Source: Octopus vulgaris (taxonomy: Eukaryota). From it: a stretch of DNA of 64,000 bases. The notes beneath the pieces were generated by a model. That model saw only the letters and a list, made by a program, of their open reading frames with translations. It was not told the origin of the DNA and did no database searches. Every line of letters begins with the position of its first letter. Position 1 is the stretch's first letter. Made by a program: the position numbers and the translations under genes. Positions 52,332-64,000 of the stretch are shown here, piece after piece. Where the stretch lies: the NCBI GenBank assembly GCA_951406725.2, contig OX597832.1, forward strand, positions 26,350,001 through 26,414,000, written 5' to 3'.

Positions 52332-52891
52332 GTGATTGATCACTGAATCCATAAGCTTTTTTTTATTCTCTCTGTTTTATTTCCTCAAATACCTTTCAGT
52401 TGAAAGGACCACTAACCTGAGATGACCCCAGCCTCATCAAGCAAGAATATGAAGTGAACTGAAGTATCATCATCATCACTGAACATCTGTGTTCCATCCT
52501 GGAATGGGTTGGACAGTTTGACAGAATCTGATGGGCCCAAGGACTGCTTTGTGCTCCAGTGTCTGCTCTGGCATGATTTCAATGACTGGATGCCCTTCCT
52601 AACACCAAACACTTTATAGGATGTAGTTGTGCTTATTGCATGCTATTGGCATTAGGGAGGACCTCTTGCAGCTTGTCAAGCGACAAAACCCATGTTTAAA
52701 TTGAGGGCCAGCAACTATGTACTTCCAAGGTCTCCTGTTGCATCACAAGAGATAAAAATATATATATAATAAAAAAAAGAAAAAAACAATATACTATGTT
52801 GCTAAACACAGAAACTTACTGCATAATTTGTGGAAAGTATCCCAGACTCGATATTTTGGTTCTCAACTCGACACAGCTTTTCATAAGAAAC

Positions 52892-52939
52892 CTTCATTTT
52901 CTTCTCCATGGCTAGTTTCTCTTCTTTCAACTTTTCCAT
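52892..52939 (-). CDS. GCC2: GCC2 exon: MEKLKEEKLAMEKKMK
   Basis: tttacag/gtttct boundaries, 48 nt, phase 0. Confidence 0.82.
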
Positions 52940-52988
52940 CTGTAAATTCACCGGAAAAAAAAAAAATATCAATGAAAATATTTAACTA

Positions 52989-53549
52989 TTGGGTTGTCCG
53001 GAAAGTTTGTGCTGATTTTTAAACGAAAGAAAAAGGTCAATAAATACTTGCCATTACATTTTTAATCAACCAAATATGAACCATTTTGTTACACAATGCG
53101 TCTCCATCTTTAACTTGAAAATACCCTCTTCCCAGAATTGAGATGGTTTCATGGCAAAGAATTCATCAAGGTATCTTTTTATATCATCCAAGGAATTGAA
53201 ATTTTTACCATCAAGACTATTCTGCAGAGATCTGAATAAGTGGAAATCCAAAGGAGCAATATCTGGTGAATATGGAGGGTGGGATAACACATCCCAGCCA
53301 AGCTGCAGCAATTTTTTTCTGGTTCCCAAAGCATCAAGTGGCGAAAATGAACTTTCTTATCTTCCATTTTAAAGGGTTACAGAATTAACACAGGTTATAG
53401 GAACATAAACTTTCTTCTATGAACAGATAGCTTAAACTGTGCGCTAAATGGAGGTGTAGTCAAATCCTATTTTATGGACTCGACCATGTTCTAAAATAAG
53501 TCGAAAGGTAAGCTACTATAAATCGGCACGAACTTTCCAGACAATCCAA
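52989..53549 (-). mobile_element. Internally deleted mariner with both TIRs
   Basis: TIRs TTGGGTTGTCCGGAAAGTTTGTGCTGATTT / AAATCGGCACGAACTTTCCAGACAATCCAA. N-terminal MEDKKVHFRHLML is joined to LGWDVLSHPPYSPDIAPLDFHLF. Confidence 0.92.
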
Positions 53550-54627
53550 GACCTTCTTTTTTTCTGTTGTTCTTGTAATGACGTTACAAGCACTGAAGTT
53601 AACTAAAGTTGAACATGTATGGACTGAGGGCCACATTGTGCTCGTATCCCCTACAGGAAAGACACCTCTGGCCCTTTAGCATTCAGATTATTCTGTCAAA
53701 TGTAATCCTTACTTATTCACGTTATTTTGAATTAATCATGCTTTGTCTTGTAACTTCAACATTTCAATGATGTGACTATATTTTTAGAATGACATTGTAG
53801 GCTAGGTGTGAGAGGCTGGATCTAGCTGCTATGAACATAAAACGGGTAAAATATTTTGGTCAGATATGGCCAGTTTAAATTCTATGGGGCTAGACATGTT
53901 TCTGCCTTATTTTTGCATCATCAGCAAAGTATAACCTAACTGAAAATTTACTCAAAATGGCATAGAATAGACTGATAAGTCCATAAGACTATCTACTACA
54001 TTATTTCCCCACACACACACGTTACTTATTTCTTTACTACCCGCAAGGGGCTAAACACAGAGGGGACAAACAAGGACACACAAACGGATTAAGTCGATTA
54101 CATCGACCCCCAGTGCGTAACTGGTACTTAATTTATCGACCCCGAAAGAATGAAAGGCAAAGTCGACCTCGGCGGAATTTGAACTCAGAACATAGCGGCA
54201 GACGAAACACCGCTAAGCATTTCGCCCGGCGTGCTAACGTTTCTGCCAGTGTTACACACTGTACACTGTAACACAACAGGACTCATAACAATACAGTGTA
54301 AATTCACCACTAACTACTACTACTACCTCTACAACATCCACACACTATAACCTTCAGAAACCATTCTTTCCTAAACTTAAAGAAAACTCGTCTCCTCTTT
54401 ATCTAGAAATACGTCTCAGTAACAATATATCAGCTAAATAATGTTCTCTTGGAATTCCTAAGTCTAAGAGAGAGCAACATATTCAAGAAGACAATATTTG
54501 GGGATCCACTGTCTTAAAACTCTTCAACATTTTGGACAGCTTCTCCTCTAAACCGTGTAGTTTGGAATCAAACTTCTTACCTGTACCAGAACTTATTCAA
54601 CAGAAATTATGGTTTTCATTCACATAC

Positions 54628-54756
54628 CTGGTGCTTTAACTCTTCCACCTGTTTTTTGCTTTTCACAGCAAGGGCCTTTAGTTTGGTGTTCAAATCATCT
54701 TTCTCTTTCAAAGACTCTTTTAATGAAGACAATTTCTCGTCCATGTTTTCAACAGC
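54628..54756 (-). CDS. GCC2: GCC2 exon, most 5' found here: AVENMDEKLSSLKESLKEKDDLNTKLKALAVKSKKQVEELKHQ
   Basis: ttttag/gtatgt boundaries, 129 nt, K.K..AVK.KK motif. Confidence 0.9.
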
Positions 54757-54870
54757 CTAAAAAAAGGAAAATTATCCTTCGATATGATTTAAATATTAGA
54801 CACGTCAGTTTTCGAAAACTCAACCTAAAGAATATTTATTTACAACATTTTATTTCCTATACAATCAATA

Positions 54871-54930
<60 letters not shown>

Positions 54931-55265
54931 GGGCAGCATCATAGCCATGTGTTGAGAGGGATACTTTGGGGTTTGAATAAATCACCTCTGGAAATATGGG
55001 TGCTTTGTTCAACATCCTTAAACAACCCTTATTCATGGACCTTTTGAGCGGGATGGGCTGCTCGACCAGAAGAATATTCTAACTGGGCCCCACCTGCAAG
55101 GTCATGTGCTGTTTATCTTGATTATGAGATCACCATGTCGCGCACATATGGTTGTGATGCATGTGCCTAGTGAACCCTTATCAGACGGGTAGTCATGATG
55201 GGTATACTGGGCTTCGTATATTTTACCCTAGTGTCACTTTGATGGCATGCACTGCTCGCTCACTC

Positions 55266-55296
<31 letters not shown>

Positions 55297-55497
55297 GCTT
55301 AATTTTGGCAAAAGCCCAGTGTTTGGGGGCGAGGGGTAAGTTGATTAAAACCCCCAGTACATAATTGGTACTTATTCTAGTGACAGCTAAATGATGAAAG
55401 GCAAAGTTGATCTTGGCAGGATTTGAACTCAGCATGTAAAGACAGACAAGATGCTGCTAAACATTTTGCCCAGAATAATAAAAATAATACTAATAAA

Positions 55498-55557
<60 letters not shown>

Positions 55558-56627
55558 CATCATCATCATCATAATAATAATAATAACAATAATAATAATA
55601 ATAACAACAATAACAATAATAATAATAATAATAATGATAATAATAATAAATATTAATAATAATAATTTTGGAACAAGGCAAATCATTTTAGGGGAGTAGC
55701 TAAGTTGAATATATCAACTCCAGTACGTGACAGGTACATGCTTTTTTTTTTGACCCTCAAAGGATAAAAGACAAAGTTGACTTCAATGGAATTTGAACCC
55801 AGAATGTAAATGTCTGGAACAAACACCACAAAGCATTTTTTTTACCGATGTTCTAATGATTCTGCCACTGGATAAAAAGACTTGCAGTAATTCCTTCTGG
55901 CTTTTTTTATGCTCTGAATACAAATGCTACTGAGGTGAACTTTGCTGTTCATTCCTCCAGGGTTTACAAAATAAAGTACCAGTGGAATACTTGGGTCAAC
56001 GTTATAATGATTGCCTCTCTTCAAAAAAATTATAGACCTTGTGCCTATGGTAGAACCTATCATTATTATTATTATTATTATTATTATATTTGTGCCTTTA
56101 GAAGAACACAAAGAATAAATGGTGGAAGAGCCATAACAAGATAATCATCATCATCATTTAATGCCTGTTTTCCATGCTGGCATGAGTAGGTCCAAGGTTA
56201 AGGGAACAATATTAAAAAAAAGGATCTGTATTCCTTGTGGGTTTACTAGAGATGGAAAAAGGTGTATAGGAAACAAGACCTACAAGCCTCTCTCCTGCTT
56301 GTGGGTTTACTTGACATTATTGGGCAGTTCTCTGTTGAGTCCTAAGACTCACCTGGCTAATTACCCCATTTGCAAGATCACAACATTCCCCTGGATGGGA
56401 AGCCAGTCTCTCACAGGGGTGCTCCTTTATAGCTGAGTGGACTGGAGCAACATGGAATGATGTGTTTTGCTCAGGTGCTGCCCTGTCCAAGAATCACTCC
56501 ACCTGGTCTACGATCATAACTGTAGCACTCTAACCAAGAGGTCAGGCACCTTCTGACCAGACACTAAACAAGGTTTATAGAAAACAAGACCAACAAGTGT
56601 CTGCAGAACTTGTGAATTTACTAAAGC

Positions 56628-56717
56628 TAGAACAAATTTTATACTAAAGATAGAACAAGTTTTATGCTAAACATAGAACAAGTTGTATATTAGAGATAGA
56701 ACAAGTTTTATGCTAAT
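56628..56717. repeat. 23-bp tandem repeat TAGAACAAGTTTTATGCTAAAGA x4
   Basis: Directly visible. Confidence 0.85.
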
Positions 56718-57358
56718 GTTTTCCTAAGACAGAGAAACATCTGTCTGCGTTGACTGACATCACAAATAAATAAATTTTTAAAAATCAATTTCTAACTTAT
56801 AAATCAAAAGCAAAGCAGAAGGAACCAGTTCTAATGTCAACTCAGCAGTAAAGTAAATACCAAACATCATCTCGAACTAATGATTGGTTCAATGGAATAA
56901 TACTTCATACAACAGCTGATGCTCAAAAGCTAATTAATGCCTCAAACATTGACACATAACGAGATATTCATCTTTCGTTATTTTGAATAATAGTAACTAT
57001 TTGTTAAACATTAACCTAAATACACTTTAACCAAACATAACAGAGGACCGGTCTATTTAGTTGTCTCAAACTGGTTTCTATGGACACAGCATGGCTAAAT
57101 GGTTAAGAAGTTTGTTTTGCTACCATGAGGTCCTAGGTTCAGTTCTGCAGTGTGGCATCTTGGGCACACGACATTTACAACAGCTTTGGTTTTTATCTAA
57201 GCCTTGTGAATGAATCAGGGTAGATGGAAGTTAGGGGAATCACATTAGAGGGGTTGTATCTGGAAATTAAAGGTCCAGCCTTGTATTGCACAGTGTCATG
57301 TGATTTCTGCCAAAGGGTACACAAGTGTCTGTGGAATACTCAGCCACTCACATACTAA

Positions 57359-57681
57359 TTTTCTTATGGTACCAACTCTAGAGAGATTGAATTGTCTTCA
57401 AGACAGGACCATATGTACCCCACATACTAATCATTTTACAGAGTGTACTGGGTGCCTTTGTCTTTTGTGCTTTTCTGAAGAAGATCCCTTTTTATTTACT
57501 GGTTATGACACAAAAGACAGTTAAGCCAAGGCTTGGGGCATGTCTGGTACCAAGACAAAAGCACCCAGTACACCCTGTAAAATGATTGGTAAATCAGTTA
57601 AAGAAAGTGTCGGGCTGTTGGGTACATATGGTCCTGTCTTGAAGATAATTCAATCTCTCTAGAGTTGGTACCATAAGAAAA
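57359..57681. repeat. Foldback with 62-bp outer arms and a ~25-bp inner inverted pair
   Basis: 57359-57420 is the reverse complement of 57620-57681 with one mismatch. Confidence 0.85.
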
Positions 57682-58310
57682 CCACCTGGTACACTCTGGA
57701 AATTAGTTGGTGTCAGGAAGGGCATCCAGCCATAGAAACCAAGTCAAAGCAGATACTGGGGCTTGGCACGGTCCCCTGGCTTGTCACACTCTGTCAAACC
57801 ATCCAATCTGTGGCAGCATGGAAAACAGAATTGAAAAATAACGATGATGACAGCAACGATGACTGGGATTTTATTTTATAAGACTCTAAATAGACTAAAA
57901 TGCAATGTTGAATCTGGCAGGATTTGAACTCACAATGTAAAGAACTAGAACAAACACTGCAAGGATTTTTTTGTTGTTTTTTTCCAACATTCTAATACTT
58001 CAGCCAGCTTGCTAACATCATCATCATCATCATCATAACAGTGATAATAATAATAATAATAATAATCCTTTTGTTACCATATTTTCTGTTGAAATGCATT
58101 TTGTTTGTTTGAATTAATTCCGAAAATAATGAAAAATTTAATAAAATAAGCTTGTTATTAATTAAGATGGTGTTTGGAAATTAAATTTACAAAAAGTTCC
58201 TGATGGAAGGCTTTAAGATCGCTTTAACACATGGAGTTTGTACCATAGGACAAGGGCCAGTCTCTGGTGGGTTGGTATCAAAAGGGTTAAGGAGCCTGGT
58301 CTCAGATATA

Positions 58311-58500
58311 AACCCCCAGCTGCTAGTCCAGTGGCCCTAGATTTAAGGGATTGGATCATAGACTCCCAGCTACTAGTCCAGCAGCCACAGAGTTAAGGGA
58401 TTGGATCACAAACCCCCAGCTGCTAGTCCAGTGGCCTTAGAGTTAACGGGACTTATTTACAAGTTCCTAATTCGTTCTCCAGTAGTCCCAGATTTAAGGG
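58311..58500. repeat. 50-bp tandem repeat x~4
   Basis: AACCCCCAGCTGCTAGTCCAGTGGCCCTAGATTTAAGGGATTGGATCATA units; the last unit is degenerate. Confidence 0.85.
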
Positions 58501-58603
58501 ACACAGTCAAAAACTTCCAGTTGGTTTTCTTCATTGTTTAATTAGATTTTTGCCAACAACCAAAATGGACCCTTAAACAACAGCAGCAACAACAGCAATG
58601 GCA

Positions 58604-58990
58604 GTGGAGGCGCAATGGCCCAGTGGTTAGGGCAGCGGACTCACGGTCGGAGGATCACGGTTTCGATTCCCAGACCGGGTGTTGTGTGTGTTTATTGAGC
58701 GAAAGCACCTGAAGCTCCACGAGGCTCCAACAGTGGGGGGGGGGGGGACCCCTGTTGTACTCTTTCGCTCCAACTTTCTCTCACTCTTTCTTCCTGTTTC
58801 TTGTCCCCGATTTCCTACGCAACCGCCGAGCCTGGATGCGCATTCATCCATCCATCGATGCTCTCGGTGTCGGGGGTTGACCTGCTTTCTCTTCTGCGGG
58901 TCTTACGAATAGCAAAGGGTCACGTTTCGGACTTCTCTCACTAATGGGACAAAGACCGCTTCGCTCAACAAACAAACAAACAAACAAACA
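58604..58990 (+). mobile_element. SINE family B, tail type 3, (AAAC)n end
   Basis: Family B head, distinct GC-rich tail, AACAGCAATGG flanking duplication. Confidence 0.85.
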
Positions 58991-60204
58991 GCAATGGTAA
59001 ATAACACAAAAGATTACAGACAACAATAAAAAGACTGCAGGTAAATAGCTTATTATTACTATTATTATTATTATCACTACTGCTGCCATGGTCAATTATT
59101 AATTGGTAATTACTATCGTTATTGATATTATTATTAGACACATGAAAATATAATTAGTTTAGCCATAAAAAAAAAGAAGTTTGAACACAATAAGAATTAA
59201 TGCATTATTAAAGAGGAACCGACACCAAAGTAATTCAATTGCAATTGAGAATATTAAGCTAATTGTCAGTGTGTGTGGATGTGTGTGTGTTCTGTATATA
59301 AATAGCAGTATCTAGCTTGTACTGAAGGACTAAATGGTTTAATGCTAGGGCAGGAAAGAGCAAATACTTAACCAAGTTTAAATTTTCATATTAAATATTC
59401 AGTTATGTTTTAAGACAATTGCTGAAAGCAGTCTTCAGATGAAGACCAGTTCTGAGAATAAACTCAAGGGGGTTCCAGTTGTAGAAACTAAACCAAAGCA
59501 GACTATGGGACCTGGTGTGGCCCCTGGCCTTCCCAGTTCCTGTCAAGCCATCCAACCCATGCCAGCATGTAAAAACAGACGTTAAACCTTGATGAGGATA
59601 AATATAAAAAATAAAACACAATCAAAAGAGACTGGTGGTGGTCTCCATCACAAGGCTTGTATTATTAGAAAAAATGAACAGAAAGAATACAGTGAAATTA
59701 TTGTGAGGAATGAAAAATCCGACATTTTGGACAGAGCCCTCCTTCAAGAAAAAGTTGCAGACAGTCTCTTAAATATAAAGGATGTAAAACTCTACTGTCC
59801 TTCTGAACTTCGCGCCTATCAGCTTTTCCTTGAAGGAGGACTTAGTCTAAAATGTTGAATTTTCCACTGCCCAATGCAATTTTAATGTACTCTTTCAGTG
59901 TGTGTGTGTGTGCATGTGTACAAAGACATGAAGTTGAAAACACACCTGGAGTTTTTAAGAATATTTATTTACAATATCGTAACTGTTTTCACAATTTCAT
60001 TTTACAATTCAAAAAGTAGTTTGAGGTGGAGGGACATGGAACAATGATATAAACCGTAGAGCTATCTGAGACTACTTTTGAAAACCATGAAATTGTAAAA
60101 CAAGTTGAGCTAATGTAAATAAATCTTCTTAAAGACTTGAAGTTCATTTTCACTTCTCTACTTTATACTTCAATTTATGTGGGGGGGAAAAAAACTTTTT
60201 TTTA

Positions 60205-60242
<38 letters not shown>

Positions 60243-61573
60243 CTCTCTCTCTCTCTCTCTGTGACCAGTTCCAGGCAAACCATCTAACTCATGCCAGCAT
60301 GGAAAATGGACATTAAATGATGATGATTATGAGGCCACCAGGCCATTAGAGATTTATGGACAAGAAACACTGGGTCATCACATAAACTGGCCATAACTAT
60401 CTTTATCTAGTTACTCTACAATTTAGAGTGAGCGTCTCTTTTGGATTTATGATTTATTAATGGTGTGTGTGCATATATATATATATATACACACACAAAT
60501 ATACATATGCGCACACAATGGAGCCTCAGTTTATGACCACCTCTCATCATGAACAAATTGGTTAGCAAACAATTTTTCAAAACCTAAACATCTCAGGTGA
60601 CAGATGGTGTCTCGAGTAATGAACATACAACCTAGCAACAACAGTTGGCAACAAACTGAGAGTTACCAGCAGGGAATCACCAGTTGCTGTCTAGCTTTTG
60701 CTAAGTGGACATCCCAGCTCAAATTTGCTGTCGCTTCTCTTGAGTTTCTGATGAGGGGGAAAAGTAGTTTTAGTTTACAAATATTTCGGGCAATAAACAC
60801 CCTTTCAAGAATGAATTAAAATTCGCTAACCAAGGTTCCACTCTGTGTGTGTGCATGCATGTGTATGTGTGTGTATTGAATCCCAATATAAATTTCATTA
60901 AAAAAAAATGTAATTTTTAATAGATACAAAACAAAATTAAAAACAAAAAAATGAAGAAATGTTATTTTTTGAGCTGTCTGTAATATCACAGCAAACCATT
61001 TTACTGATTGATACGAACAACTAAAATAAAATAGGCAACGGTTGGACATAAAAAAAATAGCTGAAAAAATGGTTGAGGAGAGGACAACATATTTTACATT
61101 CAGGGGGTCACAGGCAAATAATGAAACATTCTAGCAAAGAGAGAGAGAGAGGAAGAAAAGCAGGAAGGAGTAACACAAAGAAGGCGGGGTGCCACACACG
61201 AATAAAGCATTCAACTAAATGAGAATGCAAGGGTGAAAGACTGGAAGAAAATTGGTGAAAGGTGAACATGCTAGCAAGAACACGGGCAATAAAGGGGACA
61301 AACTAGTCAGCTGAAAGAAGGTTGTCCGGATCAAAGCGTATCATAACGAATGAAAGGGAAGTCACAGAGCAGCAAAAAACACACACAATAAAGAAAAACA
61401 AAACAAAAATGAATGATAATTAAGACATTCATATATACTCACATCTATATACATCCATGCACATACATGCATGTGCGTGTATATATACATATAAACTATA
61501 TCTACAATACACATTAACATTTCTGTACAGACATATACTTGACAGCTATAAGACATAAGCATATACATACATG

Positions 61574-61613
<40 letters not shown>

Positions 61614-61696
61614 CATACACACATATATATATGCAAATATATATATTATTTTGGTAGAGTCAGTCACTTGCTACACTGACTTCCATCTGTGGTTGA

Positions 61697-61757
<61 letters not shown>

Positions 61758-61829
61758 AACACATAAATGTGAAACAAGGTGGAAAAAAGAGTACTCAAAT
61801 ACCAGTGGTAGAGTAATATGCTTTATTTA

Positions 61830-61923
61830 AAGCAGCAGAAAATTCAACAAAACCTGTTACTCTGAGTTTCACGTTGCAACGTGAAACTCAGAGTAACAGG
61901 TTTTGTTGAATTTTCTGCTGCTT
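61830..61923. repeat. Perfect 94-bp spacerless palindrome
   Basis: Centre between 61876 and 61877 (CACGTTG|CAACGTG). Confidence 0.92.
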
Positions 61924-61942
61924 AAATAAAGTTTAAATAAAG

Positions 61943-61975
<33 letters not shown>

Positions 61976-62339
61976 CGACACACATGAAATGAAATGAAAA
62001 TGTGCAAAGGGAAATAACTCTGAGTGGTCAGTGACATGCAGCTGAGCAACAAAGATGAATAAAGGTATATTAAATAACATACAAGACAAACTGATGATTT
62101 ATCAAAATTAGCTTCACTTCAAGAGAAGGTAAACCAATCACCTGTGGCAACTGGTATCAACTCTTAATGAGAAGGGGAGATAATCTCAAGAGTGAAGAAG
62201 ACAATGGAATAGTTGTGGATACATGTTTCTACCTAAAAAGCTGTCATCAGTAGATGAAACACTTAGACAGAGGCAAAAAAGAATAGAATACACTAATGAC
62301 CAAACTAATTTGCATAAATGAAATTCAGCTAAGAGAAAT

Positions 62340-62377
<38 letters not shown>

Positions 62378-62562
62378 AGTCACCGAATTCATGGGACCTG
62401 AACTACCAATGGAGGCTTAAATATTCTCACCTCAAATCTTTTTTTTTTTAAATTTAAATCTGTCAAATTTTCTCCAATTTGGCTCCATACACCTAAGGAT
62501 GTGGCCATGTCAACACCAACGAAACTTTAAGTAAGTTAGTGTTGTGCCAATCTAGTAATATG

Positions 62563-62611
<49 letters not shown>

Positions 62612-62619
62612 CATACACA

Positions 62620-62677
<58 letters not shown>

Positions 62678-63462
62678 CACACTTGAAACCCCAACTAATG
62701 TATTGAGTGCTACTTTCATTTACTCAACAACACACACATCATCATCATCATCGGACATTAAACAATGATGATGATGAATGTGTGTATATATGTGTGTGTG
62801 TATATATATATGCATGTGTGTATGTATGTGTATATATGTATATGTGTGTGTGTGTGTGTGTATAAATATGTGTGTATGTATGTATGTATATTCTCCCCAA
62901 GATGCCCAGCAGTACAAATAGTCTGCCTCTAAATACCCATCTCAAAAAACTAAGGAGCGATAGAACATGAAACGAAGAACATGCAGTTCTATGTTTCTGC
63001 AGATATTTGATCTGATAACTTTTAGACACAAGAACTCAAGAAATTCTACATTCAAATGTATACGCTCATGTGCAAGAATTATGTTTATGGTTTATCTCCA
63101 TGTAAATCAATAAATTTTAAATTTATTGATTAACATTTCATTTCTTTCTATTAATTCTGAAAGCAAAAACAAAAATCTTTGTAGCTTAAATGTCTATTTT
63201 TACTAAAAACAATTTTCAATTTATAGACATATGCAAATTAGTTGTTTGTTTTTTGGGGGAGTTTTTTGGTGGGGGACAGTAGGGGAGGATTACATTGGAA
63301 GCAACTTTGCTTAAATTTTATCAAAAGCATAGTCACAGAACTTTAATAAATATGCCATCCATCCAAGAACTGCAATGAAATTAAGTATAAAATTGTATAC
63401 TTATTACAGAGATGTACTTGCAAAGCAAGTGACCTGATCTAAGATCATGTGCTGGAACGAAA

Positions 63463-63996
63463 ACAATTGCAGCGTGGAAGGTGTTTATAAGCCATTTAAG
63501 AAACACAAAAACTGTTAGATTCACTTCAACATTTAAATTTAATTTGGCAAAATATTTTCATCACTTTGAGACCGCGACCTGTTCACTGACAAAATTTCTG
63601 TGCTGCACAGAATTTTGTCAGAGATGCAGCACAGAATTCTGTCAGTGAACAGGTCGCGGTCTCAAAGCGATGAAAATATTTTGACAAATTAAATTTAAAT
63701 GTTGAAGTGAATCTAACGGTTTTTGTGTGTTTCTTAATCCTTTTGTTACCAACCCGGCCGAAACCGCCTCTGGCTCTGTAGTACAAATGTCTTGTTTTCA
63801 TAAGTATCAAATTAAAGTTTTCCACCAAACCTTAATCACAATTTATGTTCCTAACACTAGCTGAATGATAACTAAGTTATTTTACTAAATTCTTTGTTAT
63901 ATTTAAAATCAATTGAAAGAAACACAGAGCATCTCAAAATAAATACAGTAACTAAAGGGTTAAATGGCTTATAAACACCTTCCACGCTGCAATTGT
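63463..63996. mobile_element. Foldback element with a hammerhead-like motif in each arm, interrupted by a TTAA MITE
   Basis: Arms ACAATTGCAGCGTGGAAGG... / ...CCTTCCACGCTGCAATTGT. MITE 63738-63959 lies in the right arm. Confidence 0.82.
63640..63686 (+). ncRNA. Minimal hammerhead motif with G3:C8 variant core (mirror copy 63545-63591, minus)
   Basis: TGTCA GTGAACA G GTCGC ggtctcaaa GCGAT GAA AATATT T TGACA. Confidence 0.68.
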
Positions 63997-64000
63997 ATAC

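Noticed and set aside
52417-52458. 42-nt open AG/GT segment (FTSYSCLMRLGSSQ)
   Set aside because: Weak pyrimidine tract, abuts a retroposon tail, not coiled-coil-like.
54757-64000. Further upstream GCC2 exons
   Set aside because: No convincing coiled-coil exon was found by eye; probably a long intron running out of the window.

Overview
AT-rich, microsatellite- and SINE-dense eukaryotic DNA. The repeat repertoire looks like an octopus (coleoid cephalopod) genome; this is an inference from repeat motifs. The main gene is the 3' part of GCC2/GCC185 (Golgi GRIP-domain coiled-coil tether) on the minus strand. I traced 21 GT-AG coding exons by eye from 54756 to the TAA at 8853; they join in frame into about 758 aa and include an 18-nt microexon. 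The 5' part of the gene was not found in the window. Introns and flanks hold several tRNA-derived SINE families, a decayed RTE LINE, mariner/Tc1 relics and MITEs, TTAA MITEs, a non-autonomous Helitron and minisatellites. The most notable signal is a set of unrelated short non-coding elements carrying minimal type-I hammerhead ribozyme motifs with palindromic stem III, the kind associated with Penelope-like retroelements. They sit mostly as inverted pairs or between direct repeats. One family has a Pol III tRNA head, making it a candidate Penelope-mobilised ribozyme SINE. Another shows a compensatory G3:C8 swap in the catalytic core. Nearly all ORFs in the supplied track are microsatellite artefacts.
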